This document shows, one piece after another, positions 1 to 12,900 of a stretch of DNA of 64,000 nucleotides. The notes under the pieces were generated by a model. It was not told where the DNA came from. It made no database searches and saw nothing but the letters and a program-made list of their open reading frames with translations. This stretch comes from Mytilus edulis. Taxonomy: Eukaryota. The position numbers and the translations under genes are program-made. Positions within the stretch are counted from its first letter, which is position 1. Every line of letters begins with the position of its first letter. The stretch is from positions 29,388,001 through 29,452,000 of the forward strand of contig NC_092356.1 in NCBI RefSeq assembly GCF_963676685.1. Direction: 5' to 3'.

Positions 1-744
1 GAAGACTTAAAAATCACGATTTAAAATTCCTATGGAGATTTGCATTGAAAAAGGGAGATAACTCTGTCAAAAAAGTAGAAATATCAATAAAAATTGATAC
101 AAAAGTATAACTTTATCGCTTCTATATAACACAATGTATTGATTCTTGATATTCTAGCTGTCTTTAGAGTATAACAAACAACTCTAATGGTGTTTTCATA
201 TCTTTTATCAAGCTACAATCTAGATTTCTTAATTTATTAGTTGACCATTTATTGAATTTTTCAGCACATCAAGGTATAGAATCTCAAATTTAATAAAAAT
301 AATTGAGCATATATTCTTCTTTATGTGCTTTAAAGTTTCTTTTAACAAGGTTGATGCTGAACAAATATAATATACAGATAAAAAAACATGCCATACCAAA
401 TTTTCACATTATTTTTTCACAATGTTCACAAAGCCACAAATTTGCAATTTGTTTAATGAACACTGCACAAAAAAAATAAAAATACACATAATACTTCGGT
501 TTTGTACATTTCATGAGCAGAATATTATATAATATAGTCAAATACGAACTTATAAACCCCATCAAAGTATCATACTTTACATAAATTTTAAGAAAATCAA
601 TCAAAAACTGACAAAAAAAGATTCAATTTTGCAGAGTTATCTCCCCTTCCAATGTAATTTCCATAGGAAATGAAAAATGCTGATTTTGAGTTTTCCTCAA
701 GTAAGATTTTACCGGACTTTTTCCTGTGTATATTTAGGGCTTAA

Positions 745-1145
745 GGATGTACTTTGGTGATCTAAGGTAAAATTAAATAAATCAAGAATTCAAAATTGTA
801 ACTTTAAGCTGGAAGAGTATAAGTTGAGGATCAAAATAAGCTAAAAATATTCATAGGTCATGGAGCTCCTTTTCAAGATATTTGATTTATAAAATATGGC
901 GAGGAAAAAGCTGACTCGGACTTTTACCTTATATTTGCATTGGTATTATTTGGGTCTCAAATCAAAAGAAAGAAAATCAAGAATCTGCTTAAATTTTGTC
1001 AAATGAACTGTTATGTGCTATTAAGTCTTATGTAAAAATATAAATAGGTGTTATGGGGCCAAATATTTTACCGTGTTTCATATGGAAAAACACCAAGGAG
1101 TCCGAACTTTTGACATTTATTCCAAAACCTCACCTAAGTACATCC
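745..1145. mobile_element. Non-autonomous TIR element (MITE) with TTAA target duplication, Kolobok-like
   Basis: TTAA at 741-744 and 1146-1149. TIRs GGATGTACTTTGGTGA / TCACCTAAGTACATCC match at 15 of 16 positions. GG..CC termini. Confidence 0.7.
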
Positions 1146-2079
1146 TTAATGGTATAGATAAGAACTTAAACATTTTCTGTTGCAATTAGTTTGAGGTTAA
1201 AACTTAGTTTGACTGGACTATAAAATTAATGAAATAATTTTAAACCAGGAAAATTTCCTTAAGCTGAAGTCCAGTAATCATGAACTCAACGGGTAGCTAT
1301 GTCAAAACAGACACTCCATTTGGTAGTCAAATCTTTACCACAAAACTTTTACTAATTTTTGACAGATTACTATACTCTGTGATATTGAAAGCAATAAAAT
1401 AGATTCCAAAAAACTTACCTTCTTTTTCAACACATTTTTTATAAATTATTATGTACATTATATCCGGAAATTATCATGTCAGGTTTTGTTTGAGTCATGT
1501 ATGTATATTGGTCAATTTAATTCTTTGCTGTTCATTATTTGTGTTTCATGACCTTGAACAATGAATTAAAATGAATAGAAGTATAGTTTTATTTTGCAGT
1601 AAAATGTCTACAGCTGAATAGAAACTATTTGACAAATTTAAACAATTATTGGATTCACATACAATACTAAAATAAAATGCTCTGCAAGTCATAGCTTGAT
1701 ACGACCGCAGAGGTCGAACTCTGAACAATTGGGGCCAGTATGGACACAATATTCAAGCTTGTTACAGCTCTGAATTTGGATTGTGATTAAATATTTGACA
1801 CAGCATAGGTTTCTGACACAGAATGAATGTGGTCTAATGAACTCAAAAAATTTAAATTTACCAAAATCTAAATACATGGATTGATTCAGCATATCAAAGA
1901 ATCCCAAGAATTTTTTATGAAATCAAACAAAGTTTAATTTTGGACTCTTTTGATCTCAATGTGGACCAATTTGATAACAGGGATGGACGAAGACGACAAC
2001 GTGATACCAATATATGGCCGCAAATTTTTTTTTGAGGTCAAATACAAATCTTAGTCTGTCTTATTCTAAGGAAACCTAC

Positions 2080-5000
2080 CTGTCGATCTGCAGAGCAAGA
2101 AACACCTATTCCTACAGGACAAGAGGCACCATGTCTTGGCAGCCGAATGACCCTTACATCATGGCAAAAATATTTCCCACCAAATTGAGCACCTATTCCA
2201 GCTCTCTGTGTCAATTTGTGGATTTCTTCCTCTAATTTTCTATCTCTAAATCCTCTTCCATGTTCATTTCCTAAGTAATGTACAAATATAAAATCTTTTA
2301 ACGTATTTACACTTTTAATATTTAGCTGAAATTTGTCTAAGATGACTTTGGATTTGCTCCAAATAACCTTCTGACAACAAGCTTAAAAATAATCACTTTC
2401 TTATTGTGGTGTCAAAGTTAACGGGCACATGTTTGATTTTGCGTAATGGTAGAAAAATTTGCATACAAGTGTATTTAGGGCTATTGAAGAGACTTGTTTT
2501 GTAATAATCTATATTTTGGTATGTGTGATTTTTTTAAAGTATTTCTATGCTTTTCATTATTTTCACAGTGTCAAAAATCTACCTGTCATGGTACATGTAT
2601 ATTGGTAGATATTTAGCAAAGACAAGTTTGACATACACTATTTTAACAACCTTCTGATAGAAAATAGGCCACTTCACAGTAAGTTCTGCTGTATTGAATA
2701 GGGGGCAGATTTTTTGGATAGAGGTGAAAATAGTATGAAACAAGTGAAACTGCGAGCTACTGCTCACTGATGATACCCCCGCCGCAAGTGGATAATATTA
2801 ATAGTGTAAAAATATGCAAGTGTTCGGTAAACAGGAAGTTGTCGAGTGATGAATCTGAAAACGCATCACACGGTATAGCTGACTTATAAAAATCCTGAAA
2901 CCAAATTTCAGAAATCCTTGTATTGTAGTTCCTGAGAAAAATGTGACGAAAATTTTCAACTTGGCTATCATGTGTAAAATCATACAAGTGTTCGGTAAAC
3001 AGGAAGTTGTCGAGTGATGAATCTGAAAACGTATCACACGGTATGGCTGACATATATAAATGTTGATACCAAATTACAGAAAGGGTGGATGTGTAGTTCC
3101 TGAGAAAAATGTGACGAAAGTTTCATGGGACGGACTGACTGACGGACTGATGGACGGACGGACGGACTGACAGACAGAGGTAAAACAGTATACCCCCCCT
3201 TTTTTAAAGCGGGGGTATAAATATGGGAAATCCTATGCATGTTTTTAAGCAACTGTTCTGTTTTAATGATTTCCTGTATTTTTCAAACGGTTTTTAACCC
3301 CGTTATGACAATCTGCTCCCTATTCAACATGGCTACACTATTTGAAGGGGTCTATTATCTTAACATTTAGCAGAGGGAATTTTCACATACAATTTCTACT
3401 TACCTTCACATGGTAAATTATCTAAATATTTAGCAGAGGCAAGTTTGACAGTCTTCAGATTAAATTCTGCCGATGTTCCACCAATAACAACTGCCAAATG
3501 ATAAGGCGGGCAGGCTGCAGTACCTAGCGTCTGAAAACAAAACATTACTAACAATCTCAATTGATTGATTATTTGGTGTTTAATGACACTTTCAACAATA
3601 TTGTCATGATTGTGCTATTTTGGAATAATAGGTATGAAATTATTTGCCTTTCTTAATTCATTCTACATTTTTTTTCCATGTGTAAGATGAACCAACTGTG
3701 CTAAAATTTAATTGAAAGTACTTTCAAAGCATTTTTCTTTCAATAGAAAAAAAATAATGAAAGACTAGTATTCTGACATATTAAACATAACAACACATCA
3801 TCCTCTAATTAAAATCTATCACCTTTGCTTTCTCATCCACAAATTTCAGAAGTTTCTCTGGATTCAGTAAAGCTTTAGTCTGTTGATACAGAAATGTTTT
3901 ATTGGCAGACCCGCCTCCTTTTGCTATAAACAGGAAGTCATACTGACTTGAATCTGTCGAATAGATTTCAATCTGTGCAGGAAGATTTGTCTTTGTGTTT
4001 ACTTCTGTGTACATATCCAAGGGCGCAACCTGAAAAATAAATTGTAAGTTCAGAAGTGATTATGGATAGAATATATTGAATATAAATTAGTGAATACTAT
4101 AATTCTAGTCACAGGGCAAACGCACCATGAACCTCAACTGCCGGCCGGATTATACCTTTTAATCTTTAAAAACCTAAACTGTACAACTTTTGATCTTATA
4201 ATTCTCATAAAAAAATTATTTTTGATCGATGAAAGTCAGATTCCCCGTATTCAATATACGGCGTATTGGTATGCTATGATAAAGTGTTCATTTTATATCC
4301 TCATAATTCTCGTATGGGAAATAATAATTTCATGGTGGGCTTGCTTTTGATGAGAATTATTTTACCATTCAAGATAGGTTTATATGTTTATAGAATTTGT
4401 TTATGTAACTGTTTACATAAACAGATAGTAGCTACGATTTTCATTAAAATTATTTTTTTAATGTTTATGCCGGATTTTGTATAAAAAGTTTAATAAGTAT
4501 GATTGAAACAATTACTGGTTACTTTCCATTTAGCATTTAGAAGCTTTCTAACGTTTTAACACCTTAATTTATTTCTTGTCTATAGATAATAATTCCATGT
4601 TAAGCCAACCCTTATTCATATGACCTATGTTGATCTATGTTGACCTTAACTCAATGCGCAAGGAAAAATTGTCGAACAGGGGAATGTTATCACGGAAATG
4701 GCACATGAATTTACAGTTTCTGCAAGAAAAGAAACAAAAAAGAGATGCAGACAAGTTATTGTAAATTAAAAATAAAAAACGGCTATGAGATCGGTCATTA
4801 AAATCATACAAAAAACCTGTGACGCAGGCAAAGTCAAACAGAAGAAGCCGACGGTATGCGTAATGTTTATGTTTCTTAATTATTCCAGATCACATGAAAA
4901 TAAATCGCAACGTGTTCATTTTTGTCAAAACTATGTTTATAAATTTACAGGCAGTGATCTCCCACCTTAGAAGAAACTAGAAAATAACTTCCTACAATTT

Positions 5001-8000
5001 AGTATTATTCTTCCAGTGTATCCTTCATGGAGGCCCCGATCCAACACACAAACACGTGTATACATGATTATCGGCATGGTTTGGTCATACAAATTTAATA
5101 ACAAGTGTATAATATTGCCATTGTTGGAGAATCTTGGGTTGGAATAATATGCGGGTTTTTGTTATATTTTTTATTTACATAATTTGATAAATGGCGTCAA
5201 ATATGTAAGTTTAATATGAAGTAATTATCAAATACGTAAGAAAACAAAAAGCACATGTTCATATCTATTTATATCTTGGTTAGCTCACTCGCTATGTTGG
5301 CAAAGTTTGGGAAGTAAATCTGATGCATAATTAATGAGATGAATAGGCACGCAACACAATATGAATTATCAATTATTAACACATCTGTAGTTTATGAAAA
5401 CATTCTAGCGATCTTATTGCTTATTTTTAGTACTAATCTTTGATTTTAGCAGCTTCAAAACTGGTTCATAATTTTGTCAAAATCGTAGCTACTATCCCTT
5501 TAAGGTGACATGTTTATGGCCTAATCAACACCTTTGATTGTCTTTTATCTGTTGATCACTTTATCTTGGGTTGATAAGTGTGATCACTACGATTTACACG
5601 GGTCAATGTTTACTTTGCAATTTCCTTCATCCAGACAATTTGTAAACTTCGATTCTAATGGCTCAATTTTATGATTTCTTTTTAGAAAACTTTAAATCCA
5701 CGAATTTAAAAACCCACGAACTCGTAAATGTTGCTCAAACCACGAAAATTGATACCCATGAATTAAAGTACTTTCACAGTATAACTGTGTATAAGAGAAA
5801 ATAAATTCATGAATCAAATTGATGCCCTTTAATTTAAAGAGCTTAAATTTAGCTTTTCATGTTAAATTCTACAAACCAAAGCTATGTAAACTACATAGTG
5901 TGGAGTTGATATGTAACTGTTTTAAAAAGGTAGCTGAAGCTTGCCTGTGGGTGCAGGATTTTCTCACTGTGTTAAAGACCCATTGGTGGCCTTTGGCCGT
6001 TTGCTGCTTTTGGTTTGGTAGTTGTCTTTATGACACATTCCCAGTTTCCATTTTCCATTTTCCATTTACATATATACTCAGTAAATTACCTGTGAATACC
6101 TCAGATTTTTCTGCGTATAAGTGTTATAAACACCTTTAGATAAAGCTGCAGCATCGTTGCCCTCTGTCCATACATACTGACCCTTCTTTCCTGAAAAATA
6201 AAATTATTTTGATATGTATGTGTCTACAGTCAATGGAAACATTGATTTTTCATTGGTTTCAGTTTTTACATATTGAGGAAAATATGTATTTGTTTTGGAT
6301 ATTTGATGTTTTGGTTTTGCCTAAGTTTGCATACAAGCCTATAGAAAATGTGTACTTCATTTAGCATTTGAATTCATGTTTTACCTATACACATGCAATC
6401 AAGGCCTGATTTCTGACAGAAAAAAATCTGTTTTTAAATATTATTTATCTGAATGTTTTTACTTTATTTTTTAATAATATCTCTGAGCTGCGTCCATACT
6501 CCTTGAAAAATTGATATCAAAGTCTCCAAAAACTCAGTCAGTAAGTCATGCAGTTGAATCCACTTTAAATTTGAAGGGCGATGGGGTCTGTACTACTGTA
6601 GAAAACTTTTCTGTTCATTCTTAAAAGATTCAATGTAAAACTTAAATTTACAAAGTGAAACAAGCATTTAACACTTTATTTACATAATGTGGATTCATTT
6701 ATTTTCATGGATACCAATTTTCATGGTTTGAGAAAAACATGCATATTCAGGGATATTTAATTTCCTGGTTTTGGCAAAGACTGCATACATTCCTTTATAA
6801 AATTTGCAATTCGTTGAACATTTAAATTTGCAGTATTTATCATTTAACCTACCCATACAAATAGCAGTTCCTGTATCTTGACATCCTGGCAGAACCATGG
6901 CTGATGCTATATTGGCATTCTTCAGAAGTTCTAATGCTACAAACTTGTCGTTCTCTGAAGACTCTGTGTCCTTAAGGATATTTGCCAGTTGCTGTCAGAT
7001 AAAAAGAATCAGGTTAATTCTACATTTAGTGGTATATTTTATAGGTGAGGAAATAGATAGAGGGCACAAAACACCTCTTTTATCAGATCTTTTTGTTAAA
7101 TATTAAAAAAAACAGGTGCCTCCCTACACTCAATGGTATTTTTACCTTGACAAAAAAGCGACAATCATGCCCCCTTTTCTTGAATCCTTAATCTGTACCT
7201 GAATGATCCTTTGTGGCAGCCATACAATATCAGTATTATCCCCCCAGTATGGATAGAATATTATTAAATGAAATGGTTCATGCAAGATGTTTTCTAACAA
7301 ACATAACCGACATATGTTGCTGTCAAGCATACTCATAATACTGTATTGAATGTGCTGGCTGTGCCATGAACATTTTTGTTTAAACAATAACCAATTCTAT
7401 GTACTTGTACATATCAGGGTTATAGATTAGACCAACAAGGATGCATGTATATCACCAATAACTAGTTTGAAAAAAAGTCAAAATTCAGTTGATGTTCCAT
7501 AGTTTAATGAACATTACCTGCAAGTGTCCAGGTCTAAGAAGATGTGCAATATCTATCATTGCCTGTTCAGCCAGCAATGTTAAAGCTTGTGGTTCTACTT
7601 TCAGAACTTTCTTCCCCATAACATCAAAAGTTGACACATAGTCACCTGCAAATTACATGATATACACTGCCAATAACATCAAATGTTGACACATATTCAC
7701 ATGTAAAACACATGATCTACACGTACACATAACATAATTTTTCTGAACAGTTTTCAGTCAGATATATAACTCTATAGGGTTATTACAGAAAATAACATAC
7801 ATTTGTTACTGTGGACTAAAAAATCAAAGAACTGTGATAACATATGTATGTTACATGTTTCAAAGGGACAATATACATCATTAGTTTAGTAAAAATGTAT
7901 ACAAGTTCAATTGATATTACTATTGTCTTTATGTAAACTTAACTACAGAAAGATATAACAGTTCATAAATTGTCAATTATGCATAGTACACCTATGTTAT

Positions 8001-8894
8001 TACAGAAAAAATATGCCTATAATAACTAAAGGGTGTTATCACATCTACTCCAAAGCATTTGCTCAGACATAGATCATGCTTTACCTTAATTACAATGTAT
8101 TTTAATTCATTGTAAGAAATAATGACCAGAGCATGTAATGAGGTTCTGCACAAGTGTCTCATATAATAAGTTACATTCCTTTAATAACTAAGCCTTGTTA
8201 TTACAGCTAAGTCTATCTCTAAAAAGCCTTGTCTCATTGATTTACCATGGTTAATCAAAAATGTATTAATCTAATTTAAAAAATAGTTATCAAGGCTATG
8301 CATTCAGTTTCTGCGCAAAGTCTGAAGAGTTCCCTAGAGCCCACTATATATTAAAATATTTTACAAACAATAAACATATGTTATTACAGATTTAGAAAAT
8401 TTAAGGAATAAAGAGTAGACAACTCATGAAAGTATCTGTAATAACACATGCAAGTTATTTCCTGTAATAACCCTATAGAGTTATATCCCTGACTGGTTTT
8501 AAATCCTTTTAGCCTTGCTCAATTTATCACTACATGTAGATCTAGTATTAGGATCTTTTATCTGAATTTTATGTATCATGTGTATTGCAGTTTTGCTAGT
8601 CAAATAAATAAATCAACTGTGTAACCCTCCAAAATGAGTGCCAAGGGAAATAACTTGAATTCAAATCATTTCTGACAGGAGAAATCCTCTTCAAGGAGGA
8701 ATGGAATGATTACCTTCATTGTAACAGTACATACCAGTTAGTTTTTTCCATGGTGTGTCCAACGGTTTTTCTGATTCCAGTATATCCTGGAAATAAAACG
8801 GTTTGATGGCAGCTGCTGCTTGTGCACTTTGGTGTCTTGTACTGACTGAGTAGATCTTAGCACAGATTCTTCTTACACATTTAGATGACTGCAT
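2080..8894 (-). CDS. fumA: Class I (Fe-S dependent, FumA/FumB-type) fumarate hydratase, probably mitochondrial; 3' part lies beyond the left window edge
   Basis: Coding exons in transcript order: 8894-8735, 7645-7518, 6991-6853, 6190-6090, 4029-3823, 3530-3404, 2270-2080. All junctions GT-AG with consistent phases, giving 351 aa. Motifs: [64 protein letters not shown]. The N-terminal ~35 aa are Arg/Lys/Ser/Ala-rich with no acidic residue. The symbol denotes the homologous bacterial family. Confidence 0.95.
2739..3221 (-). mobile_element. Helentron/HINE-like non-autonomous element with 168-bp internal repeats
   Basis: Terminal palindrome TATACCCCCGC..GGGGGGTATA, a (GACG/GACT)n microsatellite, two 168-bp repeats (2821, 2989), a subterminal inverted copy ATACCCCCGC and a short hairpin near the other end. 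Confidence 0.65.
7755..8495. mobile_element. MITE in a fumarase intron; ~34-bp TIRs, 5-bp TSD
   Basis: CAGTCAGATATATAACTCTATAGGGTTATTACAG versus the reverse complement of 8462-8495 (2 mismatches). GTTTT flanks both sides (7750-7754, 8496-8500). Confidence 0.7.
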
Positions 8895-9707
8895 TATACC
8901 TAGAGACAGAAAACGCAAAAATTGAAAGCTGTAAACAATTATACACCATTATCCAGAATTGATGAACTATAATAATATATCAACATGAACATGCATGATG
9001 GAGGTGAAACAAACCCAATACACAAAGTAACACATTGTCTTGGTTTTCAACATTGATCTGTTTGTTTCGATTTTTCTAAATAAACATGAATAAAGTAAAA
9101 GAATATTTTGTCAAAGCAAAAAAATAAAATAGCCTTTCAAGACGCCATAATTATTTGGGCTAGTATACAGACTGCTGCTGTAAATGTAAAACTTAGGCAC
9201 CAGTTTGAGGTACGGGGTATCTGCCACTTTTACAATGCTATACCAATTATAAAATAGATTGTTTTGAATTGTGGACAAAAGTGCTGTTTTAAAATTTCCA
9301 ATTGAGAGCCTCCATGAACCCCCCCTCTAAATAGTGACAGATGGAAACTGCTATGCCTTGCACCCTTTGAAAGAGGGAATTCCTTATACAGATACATGCA
9401 TGGTAAGGCTGTTGCAAATGTTTGTCAATATTTTCCCAAATAGACTTCATAGAGCTTGATAAGGGATTCTGAGCCGGCCAAATCAGATAGTCGCTCCAGA
9501 CTAAGAATCCTAAAAGAAATTAGTATATATTAATAAAATCAGAATCTGAGGAAAATATATCATGAGCCCCGACTTCAATCAAAATACGTTGAAAATGTAT
9601 TTAGAACATAATCTAGATTGCTATAGACTCTAATGTTTGCAGTCATTCATTAAATCTACTGAGGACCTGAAACCCAATGTTTTTCAAACGAACAAATGTC
9701 AAATAAC

Positions 9708-9901
9708 CTTCTGAAACAGAATCCTGCTCCAATAAATGGGTCAAAGAGGTTCCGAAAATAAAAGTACTCTGTCTCGGAAAGACGCTTTGAAGTAATATTT
9801 CCCCCAATTATCTAAACGCTCAGGTGACGTTTGTTACTTTCACTTTCATAATTCGATCAACAAAAGAGGAAGCTAACTATCTTAAAAAAGATTTTATCAA
9901 T
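9708..9901. promoter_or_regulatory. Putative bidirectional promoter / 5' UTR region shared by the fumarase and membrane-protein genes
   Basis: The fumarase ATG exon starts with an acceptor (tttctgtctctag|g, exon from 8899), so a non-coding first exon is needed. A minus-strand donor AAG|GTTATT lies at 9708/9707. The plus-strand ATG is at 9902. Confidence 0.5.
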
Positions 9902-12900
9902 ATGTCTAAAGAAATGGATAATCAAGATGCCCCAATAACATTTGCGGATATTGGAATAACTAAAACACCACAGCTTGCCGATACTCGTTTAGGCAAGGTA
10001 TAACTATGCTTTAAAACAAAGGAAAATACTATCATATGTTGATATTGATTCTTCCTACTTCTGTTGAAAGCATGATATTTTCTATTTTGATAAAAAAAAG
10101 TATATAACAATCTAAAGAACAAAATCAAAGGTCTTTCCACCTTATCAAAAATCAAAATTCAATCATTTTTTTCTTGATGAAAGCCGCCTTATGTTTGAAA
10201 TTATTTGAAAAATTACAGAGCATGCAAAATAAGCATTTGAAAATCACGATGCATGTTAAATAAAATAAGCAGAACACGTTGAACGGAGCACTTGTCTTGC
10301 ATGACTGAATGTCAAATAAAAAGTAAAAACATGTTGAACGTCAAATTAAAAACAGCGATCATGGCGATCATGTTGCACAAAAATAACCTTTTACAGTGTT
10401 CATATAAGAAATTCAAACTATAACAAACTATAAAAACAACAAACCCTTCAAACTCATTAGTCGAAATAAGTATGTGTATAGTGAGAAAGTAAGAACTTAA
10501 TATACACATCCATGGTGGAAAACATTCAACTGATAATTCATGTATAAAAACTAAAAATAACAAAAGCATATAAACAACACTGAACAGTATACAAAACACA
10601 CACCCAATTTAAAACTGGGCAACATGAACTCTTCTCTACACAATCTCAATTGTTGATGTCGTTCTGTGTAATTGTATCTCATTCTATAGATATAGGAAGA
10701 TGTGGTATGAGTGCCAATGAGACAACTCTCCATCCAAATAACAATTTATAAAAGTAAACCATTATCATGATTATAGGTCAATGTACTGCCTTCATCGAGG
10801 GGTGGCAATACGATTTCATGTTAGCCTGTTTTTAGCATTTTTCAAGCTGTTGTTAACTGTTATCTGATATCAATTTAAACTGTTATCTGTTTTCAACCCA
10901 CCTTGTTAACTGTTATCAGTATTTTTGAATTTTTTGTTAACTGTTTTGGCCAAAATCGAGGTGTTGTTAACCTATTAACAGACCCCCTATTGCCCCTTCT
11001 CTTTAACAAAGAGCCTGGGCCCACAACAATTTTGTAATAGTATTTCATTAAAAGTTGAACTAATGTTTTGTAACAATACACTTTGATCTTATTTAGGCAG
11101 GTAACGTTCTCAAGAAACTATAAATCTTTGAATATGATTTATCTGGTACAAACATTGATTATTGACATAATGCCTACATGGTTCACGAAATTAGCACAGA
11201 ACCGTCAGGACATGTCCTGTAAAAATATTTTCGGTCCTGTCAATTCTTGTTTATTTTATTTTTCTGTAATACATTTCTAAAATATTTTTGGTCCTGTCGA
11301 TTCTTGTTTATTTTGTAATACATTTCTAAAATATTTTTGGTCCTGTCGATTCTTGTTTATTTTGTAATAAAAAGAATTTTTGGAAGAATCATTGATTCGG
11401 TCCTGTAAATGCCAAACGCCAATTTCTATTAATTACTGAGTGTGTAGGATCTTCATACAGTGGATTCACTATTATTTGTGGCATACCAATTTTCATGTGA
11501 ACACGGTGAACAGGTGAACCAAGAATTCAAATTTGTAATGAAGTATAAATTATATATTGGCTAATATTATAATGCAGATATTTGTAAAATCACAAAATAA
11601 TATGAAAATGAGATATCCAAGAAAAACATTTATTGTGACCTTAATCCACAAAATTGGTACCCTTGAAAAGAAATAAAGTCACTGTATTTCATGTTCAAAT
11701 GAAAATTTACATTTTTGTTTTAAATTAAAACAAATGTCTGTCAAAGATGTTTGAAGATAAACAAAATTTGAACAAACAAACTTATACTGTTTATATTTTC
11801 AGAGACGAGTTTTCAAGGATATCAACAAGCAAGAGATAGGGTTTTCTACTGTGGCATGTGTATCTTTAGTGGCAGCATTAGTCTTGGCTATTGTCAAAAT
11901 AGTTGAACTTGCAAAAGATCAAAATACTAAAGATCCAGATTTTACATTTGCTTTGATTGTCATTATAAATACAAGTAAGTACCTGTATATTTCATAAAAT
12001 GAATTTGCATGCAAAAAAAAAGGGGGAGGGGAGGGGAGGGGGATAACTTAAGGTACAATTGAAAACTATAAATCAAAGTCAACAGCAGACAACAGTCCTC
12101 AACACATCATAGACTGTATTATGGCTGTTTCAATTTTATATTTTCTTATATATAAAAAGAAGATGTGGTATGATTGCCAATATGAGACAACACAAGAGAC
12201 CAAAATAACACAGAAATTAATAACTATAGGTCACGGTACAGCCTTCAACAATGAGCAAAGATATGACTGTTCTTGATTTTGTTACATTGTTTATGTACTT
12301 CCAATGAGATGTGATGCATAGGTGCTACTTTTCCAATAGCTTTGTTGATGTTACAAAATTGTATCAGAATGAAGAATACCAACATCACTTATCATGCTAA
12401 TGTAGGCTGTAGGGTGACCTTCGGTTGTTAATTTGTGTCGTCTAGTCCCTGGTGGAGAGTTGTCTAATTGGCAATCATACCACATCTTCTTATTTTGTAT
12501 TGATATTCCAAGTGGCCATTGTACATGTTGTATGTTATTGTAGAACATATAGACTGTCAAAACATCTTGGACATGTTTTTTTTCACATTTTTCATTTCTA
12601 CATTTTTATACAAATTTTAAAATAGTCATGTTAATGTAATTTTGTTTCTCAAAAAAAAATATGATGCAAGTTTCTTAACAATATTTGATTTCAGTATTTT
12701 GTTTGTACTATGTGTTGAATGGGATACTTGCTGAAAGACCATATGAGATTCTAGTTTTTGTCTTAGCAAACATAATAGTGTGGATATATGTCATTGCTAA
12801 TTATGCTATTAGTCCGGGAGATATCAAATTGGTAAGGAATTGTTTAACATTAAGACATCTTTAATTTAAATGTTTCAGCAAAAACAAATACTTCTTTATA

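Noticed and set aside
1410-1500. Strong minus-strand donor AAG|GTAAGT as the next fumarase exon
   Set aside because: The upstream sequence has no fumarase similarity. The next exon is presumably outside the window.
2080-8894. Bacterial contamination or a prokaryotic operon as the source of the fumA-like and STAND genes
   Set aside because: Both have spliceosomal introns filled with host repeats.
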